DNA of 64,000 nucleotides, taken from an uncultured Pseudomonadota bacterium (lineage in GTDB: Bacteria > Oederibacteriota > Muellerivitia > Muellerivitales > Muellerivitaceae). The stretch is from NCBI GenBank assembly GCA_963843375.1, contig CAWJKT010000014.1, positions 64,001 to 128,000 of the forward strand, written 5' to 3'. Below, in pieces: positions 10,156 through 21,849 of the stretch. Every line of letters begins with the position of its first letter. The stretch's first letter is position 1. A program made the position numbers and the translations under genes. The notes under the pieces are model-generated. The model did not search any database. It was not told the DNA's origin and was given only the letters and a program-made list of their open reading frames with translations.

Positions 10156-10184
10156 TTGACCCTCCTGGGCTGATTACCTATAGT
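10156..10184 (+). promoter_or_regulatory. Sigma70 promoter of groESL
   Basis: TTGACC (10156-10161), 17 bp, TATAGT (10179-10184), directly upstream of CIRCE. Confidence 0.8.
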
Positions 10185-10193
10185 AACGGCCTC

Positions 10194-10220
10194 TTAGCAC
10201 TCCTGTTGCCAGAGTGCTAA
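10194..10220 (+). promoter_or_regulatory. CIRCE element (HrcA operator)
   Basis: Exact TTAGCACTC-N9-GAGTGCTAA upstream of groES. Confidence 0.98.
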
Positions 10221-10306
10221 TCCCGGCAGCTTCCGCTGCCATTAACATTTAATTTTTAAATTCGGGGGGGCGACAGCCACCACGATAAATTTTCAGGAGG
10301 TTGTTC

Positions 10307-10597
10307 ATGAAATTTCGTCCGTTACATGATCGTATTTTGGTGGAGAGAGTTGGAGAAGAAGAAAAGACAAAGACTGGCATCATTATTCCCGATGCGGCCC
10401 GTGAGAAACAACAAAAAGGCAAGGTTGTGGCCGTGGGTAAGGGCCGCATCAATGAAAAGGGCGAAGTGATCAAGCTGGATGTGAAAGAAGGGGACGTAGT
10501 CCTTTTTGAAAAGTACGGCGGTGAAGACATCACGATCGACAGCAAAGAATACGTGATCTTGAAGGAAGAAGGGGTTGTGGGAGTCATTGAAGGTTAA
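10307..10597 (+). CDS. groES: Co-chaperonin GroES
   Basis: FRPLHDRILV, GIIIPDAAREKQQKG; AGGAGG RBS. Confidence 0.97.
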   Translation: MKFRPLHDRILVERVGEEEKTKTGIIIPDAAREKQQKGKVVAVGKGRINEKGEVIKLDVKEGDVVLFEKYGGEDITIDSKEYVILKEEGVVGVIEG

Positions 10598-10637
10598 TTA
10601 AACCAAAGTTGAAAACCAATTATTAAACATTTGATAA

Positions 10638-12294
<1,657 letters not shown>

Positions 12295-12334
12295 GAAGTG
12301 TTTTAATTCAAAATTCTAAATTTTGAATTCAGGG

Positions 12335-12367
12335 AAGCCTCCGGCGGAAACGCCGGAGGCTTTTTTT
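12335..12367 (+). terminator. Intrinsic terminator after groEL (possibly bidirectional)
   Basis: AAGCCTCCGGCG-GAAA-CGCCGGAGGCTT plus T tract. Confidence 0.9.
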
Positions 12368-12379
12368 ATTTCAGGTTTT

Positions 12380-13564
12380 CTAGGGATGGCAGGTCGGGTC
12401 CGAGTAAAGCGCCCCTGCCGCGAAATAATCCGTTTTGACATCTTCCTGCGGCATAACGTCAATGTAGGTCATTAGTCCTCCCATATTCGCCGGTGTGGTT
12501 TCGTTTCCTTCCCCTTGGGGGCCGGGATTAATCATGTGATCCAGAATGTGGCAATGGAACATCCATATTCCCGGGTTGACGGCTTTGAAGGCGATATCGG
12601 CGGTCTGGGAGGGGCCCAAGTTTACCGTATTGGCTTCGTAAGGTTGATCCAGGGGGTTGCCGTCTAGTGCCACGACCTTGAAGGTATAACCATGTAGATG
12701 CATGACATGATCGTTCTCACCGCTGGCGTTCACTAGGCGCAAAATGACCCTGGCACCGATAGGAACCTTTAAGACCGGGGCTTCGGGGAAGGATTTGCCG
12801 TCCAAGGTAAAGACGTTTTCCTGGTCCGAACCACCGACTTTGAAAGAGGCCATTTCATAGAAGGCCTCCACATCGTAGGGTTGCTTGGCTTTTTCCGCTG
12901 GGTCCACAATCAGAAGACCGTGAAGGCCCATGTCCATCTGGAAGGTATCGTTGAAATGGGTGTGATAGAGGTGGGTCCCCTCCATTTGGGGGGTAACCTT
13001 AAAGGTGTAGATGTGGCTGCCACCCGGTGGTATAGGTTTTTGGGTAATGTTGGGCACCCCGTCCTCGGAGTTGGGAACGGCCAAACCGTGCCAATGGACC
13101 GTTGTTTCCTGGGGGAGTTCATTTTTGACGATGATCTTAATCTTATCTCCGACCCTCACCCGGATCATGGGCCCTGGAACCTGGTGGTTGTAGCCCCAGA
13201 CCGTAACGCGGGCGGTGTTGTAAAGCTGCCAGACGAACGGGGAAGCCGTCAAAAAGAATTCCTTGGTTCCGTCCGGCAAAATCCTGGGCCGCAGTCCCTT
13301 CCCGTGGAGGATGTCGTTGCAGACTGAGTCCTGGCGGTTGATTTCCTTCCTTTGAAGGAAAGGATTATCCAACTGCGAGTAAAGGATGACCTCATCTGCG
13401 TCGGGGCGGCGGGCGGTAGTGGTCGCGGGCACGTTAAGGGGGGCGGCCCCAGGGCCTCGGTGAAATGCCCAACCGAAAATAAACCCCAAAGCCAGCAGAG
13501 CCGCCACAATGGCTGGAAAAGCCCAACCTATCCGCATTAAATCATGCTCTTTAAAGAATTTCAT
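12380..13564 (-). CDS. Two-domain multicopper oxidase with N-terminal membrane anchor
   Basis: Copper motifs VHWHG, YHTH, HVMHLHG, HCHILDH; N-terminal hydrophobic segment. Confidence 0.85.
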   Translation of the reverse strand: MKFFKEHDLMRIGWAFPAIVAALLALGFIFGWAFHRGPGAAPLNVPATTTARRPDADEVILYSQLDNPFLQRKEINRQDSVCNDILHGKGLRPRILPDGTKEFFLTASPFVWQLYNTARVTVWGYNHQVPGPMIRVRVGDKIKIIVKNELPQETTVHWHGLAVPNSEDGVPNITQKPIPPGGSHIYTFKVTPQMEGTHLYHTHFNDTFQMDMGLHGLLIVDPAEKAKQPYDVEAFYEMASFKVGGSDQENVFTLDGKSFPEAPVLKVPIGARVILRLVNASGENDHVMHLHGYTFKVVALDGNPLDQPYEANTVNLGPSQTADIAFKAVNPGIWMFHCHILDHMINPGPQGEGNETTPANMGGLMTYIDVMPQEDVKTDYFAAGALYSDPTCHP

Positions 13565-13732
13565 TCAAGGGCTCCAATGGGGAAAGAATCAAAAAGCGAC
13601 CGCAAATAGATAACACTTATCCGGGGGTTACACCATCGGCGGGAAGTTTCAGGCGTGTAAATTTTTTAAGGATTGATAGGGGTTGAAGGGCCACTCATTC
13701 CTGGATTTTCGAAACCGGAGTCGGACTTTGAT

Positions 13733-13765
13733 AAAAAAACCCGCATAGTGAGGGCGGGTTTTTTT
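13733..13765. terminator. Bidirectional intrinsic terminator downstream of phosphoesterase copy 1
   Basis: AAAAAAACCCGC / GCGGGTTTTTTT inverted repeat. Confidence 0.8.
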
Positions 13766-13795
13766 GTCGTACGTTTTTATTCGTCTTGAAGAAAA

Positions 13796-15277
13796 CTAAA
13801 TCCCCATACCTGCCGGCTGGCCGGTGTCGGGATTGAGGATATAACGGTCGGTACGGGGCGGGTCGGTGAAATCAAATAACGAATTCAACGAACCGGCTAT
13901 GGCGTCGAAAGAGTAGCCTCCGATCCTTCCCAGACTCCAATTGTCTTCCACAAAACGAAGGATAGAAGTCTGGTCGGTGATTCCATGGTCCACGTAATTG
14001 TTCCTCGCATAGGGGGAAATAACCAATAAGGGGAGACGGGGACCGTAACCGGCTCGTCCTTGTATTCCCCCCATGGGGGGAATGCTGGATTCATAGGTGA
14101 AGTGGGGATCGGACATGCTTTGGGAAGTATTGACCACCGGCGGGGCCTGGTGGTCATACCAGCCGTCCGAGTCGTCGTAGGTGATGAAGATGGCCATATT
14201 GGCCCACTCGGGAGATTTTTCCAGACGGTTGATGGTGTTCACCAGGAATTGCTGCTCACAGGCCGGGCTGGAATCGGCGGGGTGCCCGGTTTGGGACGGC
14301 AAGCCCTTCACGTAACAAACCGACGGCAGGTTGTGGGCATCCAAAGCCTGCCACAAACAGTTCAGGTCATAATTGTGATTGGCCTGGTCAGTTTGACCGA
14401 TCATAGCTACGCTGGTTGGCGGAAGATGGGACGGATTGGAAGTGGATTGATAGTACTGGAATGGGTCGTAGTGGGGGTTGTATACCAAGGTGTCGCCGGC
14501 GTTGCAGACAAAGCCTTCCGTGGGATTGGCAAAGCCGCCAACAAAGGCACCCCAGGTTATGTTCTGCGCGTTCAAGAGGTCACCCATGTTCTTCCCGGTC
14601 ATATAGACGAGGTCGCCGCCGGTCCCATAATTATCGTAAAGAGGGTTGATGTTGACAAGCATCGTGCCGTTTACCACCTTGCCGGTGGCAGTCTGGGGCA
14701 TGCACCCGTTGGTCTGGCCCGAGATCAGGTTGATGTGGCCCACGCAAGTGGGACCATATTCGGTCCCGTAGAAATTATCGCTCATGGCGTAATTCTGTGC
14801 GTAGTTCCAAAGAGCGGTGACGAAGGCCCCGTCGTAATAGCCCATGACCTCATAGGGAATGGTGCAGCCGGTGCCTTCGGTATATTCCACGAACTCGTCG
14901 GCCGCCCCCTTGTCATAGGCCTGCTGTTCGGCCAAATAGGCGTTGTCCTCGTCACAGATGTCCTGGGTCGTCAATCGGAAAGGCTGGGCCGAATTCTGAT
15001 TGTTGTTCAGCAAGTCCGCGGTCAAGCCGTTTATCGTCGGGGTGTTGGGTTTCGGCTGGAAAATCACATTCCCGCTCCATCGGTGATGGTCTGGGGATAG
15101 GTTCCGAAATAATGGTCAAAGGAGTTGTTCTCGCTGGTAAATGATGACCACATACTTAATGGGAGTAGTAGGGGAGGGGCCTGCTGCCATGGTGACGGTA
15201 AGGGCTAGAATGAGAAGGGGTAAAAACAAGAACAAAAACCAATGTTTTCGAATTAAGAAATTTTTCTTTTCGCTCAT
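13796..15277 (-). CDS. Secreted phosphoesterase (AcpA acid phosphatase / phospholipase C family), copy 1, with two compensating frameshifts (about 15133 and 15070)
   Basis: Reconstructed N-terminus MSEKKNFLIRKHWFLFLFLPLLILAL...TTPIKYVVIIYQ/ENNSFDHYFGTYP; then VMGYYD, WNYAQNYAMSDNF, ITYDDSDGWYDH, GPRLPLLVISPYA; AAGGAG RBS. Confidence 0.85.
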
Positions 15278-15329
15278 AGACGGCTCCTTTTAGGTTTGAT
15301 GGTTAAGGGAATGCGGGAATAAACCGCCA

Positions 15330-15365
15330 AAAGAATAAAGGGCCCGCTCCTTGAACGGGCCCTTT
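15330..15365 (-). terminator. Intrinsic terminator after the NHL lipoprotein gene
   Basis: AAAGGGCCCG / CGGGCCCTTT hairpin with a T-rich tail on the minus strand. Confidence 0.7.
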
Positions 15366-15395
15366 GCGGTTTGCTTTCAGTTCAAATTCATCAAC

Positions 15396-16523
15396 TTAAA
15401 ATACAGGCCCCCATTGCTCGATGGAGCCGGTGCCGGATGCGTTTTGGTAATCGGTCGTCCAAGCGCTTCCTCCCCCGATGGCCACCCCCGTCAAATATTG
15501 GAATGCCTCGGCTGAGGAAACACCCCCCTGGCCAAAGACGGAAAGCAAAGCGCTGGATGGCGACCAAACCTCAACAACGCTGTCGTTTTGGTCCGCGGCA
15601 TAGACATTTCCGCCGCTATCGAGGGCTATTCCAGTTATAAAAGCTCCCGGTTCTGCGTTATTTATATTGATTTGGTTCAAAAGGGACGATCCCCCGGATG
15701 CGAACTCGTCAATGTACCCATTGCCCGAGTCAGATATGTAAATATGGTTCGACGAATCCACCACCAGGGCCGAAGGCTGATCGAAAGTGTTGGTGCCGTC
15801 GCTTGAGATGGCGGTGACGGGGGTGAATGAGGAGTTGTACTCGTAAACCGCATTATTGCCGGAGTCCGCCACATAAACGTTTCCGGCTGAATCAACAGCG
15901 ATGCCCGCTGGTTCAAGATAAGCGGTGGAGCCATATCCCGACCAAGAGGCCACCGACACGCCGGCCGAGGTCAACTCATAAACCTGTTCATTTGACTCGT
16001 CGGTGATAAAAACATTGCTTCCTGAGATGGCCACCGCACTGGGTTCATTGAATGCGATGGTTCCGCAGGAGGTGAATGTATTCGTCAACGTTCCCGAAAT
16101 AAATTGTCGGACGTCTCCTGTGTCATCCGCCGCATAGATGGTGGTACCTGTACTATCCACTGCCAGCCCATTGGGATCCGAGACATTCGTTATTTGGGCT
16201 GTGAAAGCGATTGTCGCCTGGAAAGTGGCGGTGGGTGTATAGGTGCAAGTGTTGGTGAAGGTGGGGGTGATGGTGGGGGTCGCCGTTAAAGTGGCGGTCG
16301 ATGTCGTGGTTTTGGTGGGGGTCGACGTCGCCGTTGCGGTGGTCGTGCTGGTGGGCAGCCCTGTGCTGGTAGGGGTGCCGGTAATAGTGAACGTGTTGGT
16401 TACCACCACCGTCACGGGTGCAGAGCTTGTGGGGCTGCTTTTGTTGGAACAGGCCAAGTGCAGGGCCATTATGGGAGCCATCGCTAAAACCAAAAACAAG
16501 GTTAACCCGATCCGCGTTTTCAT
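15396..16523 (-). CDS. Lipoprotein with Thr/Pro-rich stalk and NHL beta-propeller
   Basis: MKTRIG...LHLAC lipobox-like signal; TxTxT linker; NHL repeats such as EPAGIAVDSAGNVYVADSGNN; AAGGAG RBS supports start 16523. Confidence 0.8.
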   Translation of the reverse strand: MKTRIGLTLFLVLAMAPIMALHLACSNKSSPTSSAPVTVVVTNTFTITGTPTSTGLPTSTTTATATSTPTKTTTSTATLTATPTITPTFTNTCTYTPTATFQATIAFTAQITNVSDPNGLAVDSTGTTIYAADDTGDVRQFISGTLTNTFTSCGTIAFNEPSAVAISGSNVFITDESNEQVYELTSAGVSVASWSGYGSTAYLEPAGIAVDSAGNVYVADSGNNAVYEYNSSFTPVTAISSDGTNTFDQPSALVVDSSNHIYISDSGNGYIDEFASGGSSLLNQININNAEPGAFITGIALDSGGNVYAADQNDSVVEVWSPSSALLSVFGQGGVSSAEAFQYLTGVAIGGGSAWTTDYQNASGTGSIEQWGPVF

Positions 16524-16643
16524 ACATCTTCTCCTTTTAAAATTTGATTTAAAAAACAACCTTCATTCAAATTACCGGCATAAAAACCAAGTGAGAAATC
16601 CGCCGACCATGGAGCCGGCGGATTCTTTTATTTAATGACCTTC

Positions 16644-18156
16644 TTAAAGGTTGTCTGGAGCGCCTGTGTCCGGATTCAAAATCAGCCGTTGATCATTCGG
16701 CGGGTCGGTGAAATCAAAACACCCTTCAATGGAATTGGCTAGCGAGTCGAAGGAATAGTTGCCGATCCGGCCCAAGCTCCAGTTGTCCTCGACGAAGCGA
16801 AGGACGGAAGTTTGGTCCGTTGTCGTGTGGTCCACATAGTTTTTCTTGGCATAAGGGGAAATCACCATCAAGGGAAGGCGGGGCCCGTGGCCCATACGGC
16901 CCTGTAATCCCCCTAATATGGGAGGTGTATTGGACTCGTAAGTTCCGGGGGTATCCACGCCGGAAATATGGGAGAAATTAACGATGGGCGGGGGCTGGTG
17001 GTCATACCAGCCATCCGAATCGTCGTAGGTAATGATGATGGCCATATTTTTCCATTCAGGAGATTTTTGTAGCCGGTTGATGGTCTCCACAAGGAATTCC
17101 TGCTCGCAGGCGGGCCCGGAGTAACCGGCGTGACCATCCTGGTAGGCGGGAGCCTTTATATAGCAGACGGCGGGCAACGTGCCTGCGTCCAAGGCCTGCC
17201 ACAAACGGGTGATGTCATATTGGTGATTGGCGGGGCCGCTGTGACCGATCTCGCTTACGCTTGCCGGCGGGTTGTGGCTAAGATTTTGAGTGCTGGTGAA
17301 ATACTGGAAGGGTTCATGGTGGGGGATGTAGTCGGTTTCTGCGCCCTCAGGAGCGCCCGAGCAGGTGTGAGAGGTAGAGACGTTGTCGAATCCGCCATTA
17401 AACCAGCCCCAGCTGATATTGGCTGAGTTCAATAAATCCCCGATGTTTTTGCCGTAAAGTAACAGCCGCATTTTTAGTCGTGCTTGCGCCCAGATCACCC
17501 GTTGGATCAGCATCGTTAATTTGTGTACCGTTCACATTGGAACTTCCCAAACCAGTTCCTGTGACATAAGCGGTATTGCCGCAGATCAAGTTCAAGGCCC
17601 CCGGAGTGGAGGGGCCAAAAACGGTGTCGAAGTAATTGTCGCTCATGGCGAAATTCTGGGCATAGTTCCACATGCCTGTCACGACGCTTCCGTCGTAATA
17701 ACCCATGACCTCATAAGGAAACTCACAACCCGATCCCTCGGTGTACTCGACGAATTCATCCTCCGCCCCTTGGTCATTGGCCTGTTGCTCGGGCGTGTAA
17801 TTGTGACCCTGGTCACAAGTTGTCGTTTGCGTCAACTTGAAGGGCTGGGCGGAATTCATGTTGTTGGTTAATAAATCCGAAGTGTAGCCATTCACCGTCG
17901 GAGTGCCGTCCTTCGGCTGGAAAATCACGTTCCCTTTCCCATCGACGATGGTTTGGGGGTAGGTTCCGAAATAGTGGTCGAAGGAAATGTTTTCGTTGAA
18001 GATGATAACTACGTGCTGGATGGGTGTTGTGAGAGTTCCGGGTGATGAAGCGAAAACGCCGCTGACGGCAATCACCCCTAAGGCAACAAACGACAGACCT
18101 AAAATAGGCATTATTGGATTTGACCAAATCGACTTATTTTTCTTCACGGCTTTCAT
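16644..18156 (-). CDS. Secreted phosphoesterase (AcpA / phospholipase C family), copy 2, frameshift near 17455
   Basis: Signal peptide, IIFNENISFDHYFGTYP and FGPSTPGALNL in 17398-18156; GKNIGDLLN, PHHEPFQY, YDDSDGWYDH in 16644-17513. Confidence 0.87.
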
Positions 18157-18376
18157 GGATTGGTTCTCCTTTAAATTTTTTTAAGCTGATGTTTTAGTCG
18201 AGATGTTGAAGTCAAAAATTTATTTTTTTAAGCGCCTCTTTTTTTAAAACCTGTTGGATCGACAGGGAAACCGTGTCGAGGACCGGATAAAAAATTTGAG
18301 CTTTCTTTTCCAAATTCTTGTTTGATGATCTGAATCATATTTGAGAAAATTTATTTTTGAAGGGGCAAATAAGAAA

Positions 18377-18404
18377 TTAACTTTCAATTAACTGGAAGTT
18401 TACT
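18377..18404 (+). promoter_or_regulatory. Pho-box-like triple direct repeat (OmpR/PhoB-family site)
   Basis: TTAACT (18377), TTAACT (18388), TTTACT (18399) at exact 11-bp spacing between the divergent phosphoesterase and T2SS genes. Confidence 0.5.
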
Positions 18405-18809
18405 AATGAAGTGAAAATGAATTTTTGAATGATACGGGGAACAATAATTATTTCTTAACATCGAAACCCGAAGTTGAAATTGAAACTCATGGAGCTTTAA
18501 GAAGTTTTCGTTTTCCGAAAATTGATTGCAGGAATGCTTGATCGTTTTAACGGGTCTAGGGCAGTGGATAAATAACTTACGCGGGAGGTTTTTGGAGGAT
18601 GGAGGACAAAATTCTTTGTTTCGCGAGGGAGGAACATAACCTATCTGTCGCAGAATTACTTTCTGTTTTACAGGAAGGTAAAATTTAGTTTTTGCACATG
18701 AAAAAAAATATTGAAGATGGTAGGGTGAGCCCGGTTAAGGCCGGTTTTTCCACCTGCCGATTCTAGGACCATGTTTGTAACCGTATTTTAATAGGAGCTA
18801 TCTGGATCC

Positions 18810-20009
18810 GTGCCCATCTATACCTATAAAGCCCTGATCTCCAATGGGCAGGAATTGACCCGTGAGGCTGCGTCACCCAGTGAAAGGGAACTTCGCCAGG
18901 AACTGGAAGCACAGGGCGTTTTGGTAAAGGCTATCCGGCCTAAACGGATGATGAGTGGGATTTGGGGGGGACAGGCAGTCAGGCAGGAGGATTTCTTAAG
19001 AACCAATCAAGAAATGGCTACTCTTTTGAGGGCGGGCTTGACCCTGCCTGAAGTCCTTGAACTTGCCGCCGACCGGCCTGAAAGCCCGGTCTTAGCTTCG
19101 ATCCTGCGGCGCATTCTGGTTGAGGTCAAAACCGGGATTCCTTTTTCCACAGCCTGTGTCAAATATCCCCGGGTTTTTGACGGTCTATACCTTTCCTCCC
19201 TCAAGACTGGAGAAAGGACTGGTGACTTGGTAAAACCCCTTTCCCGTTACCAGGATTACCTGCGCCAAAAAGTAATTTTACGCGCCAAGGTATCCCAAGC
19301 ATTGGTTTATCCCGCCTTTCTTCTATTTGTTTTGATCTTGGTTCTGGGTCTGCTTTTTACGTTTGTGATGCCTCGATTCGCCGCCCTTTATACGGATTTC
19401 AATGCGGCTCTCCCGATGCCTACTCGAATCCTGATGGCATTGATTCATTATTTACCCTGGGTGGTGAGTCTTTTGGCCGGGTGCGTAATGATCCTATGGA
19501 TTGTCTTCAAGGCCTGGAATTCGACTAAATCCGGACGAATCTGGATGGACGGTGCCCTTCAAAAACTGCCGATGGTGAAACAATTCATTAATCCTTTCCT
19601 GGCTTCCCAGCTGTCTCGAACGCTTTCGACACTGCTTTCCGGGGGAACCCCCCTGACCGAGGCCCTAAAGGTGGCCAGGGAGTCCCTTTCCAACTGGGCC
19701 TTCGCGCTTCGGTTCGACCGGGTCATTGGCCGGGTGATGGAAGGGGAAGCCCTTTCAATGGCCTTAGAAAAGGAAAAATTGCTTCCCCGAACAGCGGTCA
19801 AACTGGTCAAGGTGGGGGAGGCTTCGGGGCAACTGGAGGCAATGTTCCAGGAAGCGGCCAACGTTTCGGAATGGGAATTGGAAAACCGCATCCAGCGGGC
19901 CATGGCATTGGTAGAGCCCGTTTTCATTCTTTTAACCGGTTTGTTGATCGGAACAGTCATTGTAGTGATGTATCTACCCATCATTCATTTATCCGATGTC
20001 GTTAAATGA
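18810..20009 (+). CDS. gspF: Type II secretion / type IV pilus inner-membrane platform protein (GspF/PilC)
   Basis: MATLLRAGL, GERTGDL, ALVYP, VGEASGQL, LVEP...MYLPI. Confidence 0.92.
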   Translation: MPIYTYKALISNGQELTREAASPSERELRQELEAQGVLVKAIRPKRMMSGIWGGQAVRQEDFLRTNQEMATLLRAGLTLPEVLELAADRPESPVLASILRRILVEVKTGIPFSTACVKYPRVFDGLYLSSLKTGERTGDLVKPLSRYQDYLRQKVILRAKVSQALVYPAFLLFVLILVLGLLFTFVMPRFAALYTDFNAALPMPTRILMALIHYLPWVVSLLAGCVMILWIVFKAWNSTKSGRIWMDGALQKLPMVKQFINPFLASQLSRTLSTLLSGGTPLTEALKVARESLSNWAFALRFDRVIGRVMEGEALSMALEKEKLLPRTAVKLVKVGEASGQLEAMFQEAANVSEWELENRIQRAMALVEPVFILLTGLLIGTVIVVMYLPIIHLSDVVK

Positions 20010-21793
20010 GACTTCTTCGGGGTAAGACGGGAAATCCACCAATGAATTTAGATACCAAGGAACCTGCCGGCAGGGTTTTAGAAATGAAACACCCCTTCGT
20101 TGCAAAACGAATAGGCGAAATTCTGGTGGCCAGGAAATGGCTGACGCAGTCCCAATTGAAAGAGGGTTTGAGCGGGGCCCAGGGGCTGATCGGCCGCTGG
20201 CTGGTGGAAAAGGGATATATCACCGATGCCCAATTGGTTCAGGCCCTGGGGGAACAATTCCATCTTCCCTTTGTGGACTTGAAAGGATTCACCATCCCGT
20301 CCGAATTGTTTGAGCATTTTCTGGCCGCGGAAGCCTACCGCCACAACGCCCTGCCCTACGGGCTGGATAATAAAACCTTAAAGGTTGTGGTTTCCAATCC
20401 TCTGGAAAGCCATAAACTGGCGGACCAGTTGGAAGCACGCACCGGCTTGAAGGTGGAGTTGCTTCTATCCGGCTCCTTGGCCGTACAGGAAGCCCTAGAG
20501 CGAAGCCAAGCCACTTCCGCCCTTTTGAAAGATTTTTCCAACGGGTTCAAGGTGAAAACAGAGGAGGCCGACTCCAAGAGTTCGGTTTCGGCGGCTAATC
20601 TGGATGACCATGACAGCGGCGTGGTTAGGCTCATCAACACCATCCTCCTGGCGGCTCTGCAGAAAAGGGCCAGTGATATTCATTTTGAAACTTACGAGAC
20701 GGGGACCGTTATCAAGTACCGTGTCGACGGCCTTCTTTACCCCGCCACCGAAAAGCTGGATACCCGGCACAACAAGGCTTTCGTTTCCCGCATCAAAGTC
20801 ATGGCCGAACTGGACATTGCCGAAACCCGTGTGCCCCAGGACAGCCGCTTTCAATTGCGCCTGAATGGCAGGGATATTGACTTCCGGGTTTCGGTCATGC
20901 CCAGCGCTCTGGGTGAGGATGTGGTGATTAGAGTTCTCGACAAGGCCTCGCTGAACGAGGAGTTTAGCCAGCTTAAGCTGGAGGCCCTTGGACTCTCGGG
21001 CGATACCCTGAAGAAATTCCGCCGAAGCGTTCGAGAGCCCTACGGCATGGTGCTCATCACGGGCCCCACGGGCAGCGGCAAGACCACCACCCTTTATGCA
21101 GCCCTAAGCGAGATCAATTCGGGGGAAGAAAAAATAATCACGATTGAGGACCCCGTGGAGTACCAGCTCAACGGGGTGGTGCAAGTCCCAGTAAACGAGA
21201 AAAAGGGTTTGACCTTTGCTCGGGGGCTGCGCTCCATCCTCCGGCACGATCCGGACAAGATCATGGTGGGTGAGATTCGGGACACCGAGACCGCACAGAT
21301 CGCGGTTCAGTCGGCCCTCACGGGGCATTTGGTTTTTACTACGGTCCATGCCAACAACGCCTGCGACGTCATTGGCCGGTTCAGCCATATGGGTGTGAAT
21401 CTCTATAGCTTTGTGTCGGCACTGAACTGCGTCATGGCTCAGAGGCTGGTGCGCATGATCTGCCCCAAGTGCCGCCGGAGGCAGAAACCGGACCCGGAAT
21501 TGTTGACCCTCTCGGGTTTGAAGGCTAAAGAAATCGGGGGTCATGCTTTCTATGCTGGGGATGGCTGCGGCTATTGCGCGGGAACAGGGTATCGGGGACG
21601 GCAGGCTGTGGCTGAATACCTGAACTTGACGCCACGCATCCGTAAACTGGTCGTGGACCAGGCTCCTGTGGACGAACTTCAGGCTGCAGCACAGGAAGAG
21701 GGAATGGTGACCCTGCGGCAGGCGGCGCTGCAAAAAGCCCTGGCGGGGGAGACAACCCTTAGGGAAATCAACCGGGTGACATTCGTGGAATAG
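20006..21793 (+). CDS. gspE: Secretion/assembly ATPase (GspE/PilB)
   Basis: RIGEILV N-domain, ASDIHFE, Walker A GPTGSGKTT, TIEDPVE, LRHDPDKIMVGEIRD, CPKC...CGYC zinc motif. Confidence 0.94.
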   Translation: MRLLRGKTGNPPMNLDTKEPAGRVLEMKHPFVAKRIGEILVARKWLTQSQLKEGLSGAQGLIGRWLVEKGYITDAQLVQALGEQFHLPFVDLKGFTIPSELFEHFLAAEAYRHNALPYGLDNKTLKVVVSNPLESHKLADQLEARTGLKVELLLSGSLAVQEALERSQATSALLKDFSNGFKVKTEEADSKSSVSAANLDDHDSGVVRLINTILLAALQKRASDIHFETYETGTVIKYRVDGLLYPATEKLDTRHNKAFVSRIKVMAELDIAETRVPQDSRFQLRLNGRDIDFRVSVMPSALGEDVVIRVLDKASLNEEFSQLKLEALGLSGDTLKKFRRSVREPYGMVLITGPTGSGKTTTLYAALSEINSGEEKIITIEDPVEYQLNGVVQVPVNEKKGLTFARGLRSILRHDPDKIMVGEIRDTETAQIAVQSALTGHLVFTTVHANNACDVIGRFSHMGVNLYSFVSALNCVMAQRLVRMICPKCRRRQKPDPELLTLSGLKAKEIGGHAFYAGDGCGYCAGTGYRGRQAVAEYLNLTPRIRKLVVDQAPVDELQAAAQEEGMVTLRQAALQKALAGETTLREINRVTFVE

Positions 21794-21849
21794 GAAGTTG
21801 GCCCTTCCGCGAGGGGCAAGGTGAAAATTTTGAACGAAAGAACAAACGA

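Noticed and set aside
14060..15100. 346-aa plus-strand ORF and similar long antisense ORFs (24566-25399, 8448-9254, 21104-21871)
   Set aside because: Shadow frames of well-supported genes with no recognisable motifs
18259..18279. GAAA-loop hairpin as a c-di-GMP riboswitch
   Set aside because: Only one hairpin; the second stem and conserved flanking nucleotides were not found
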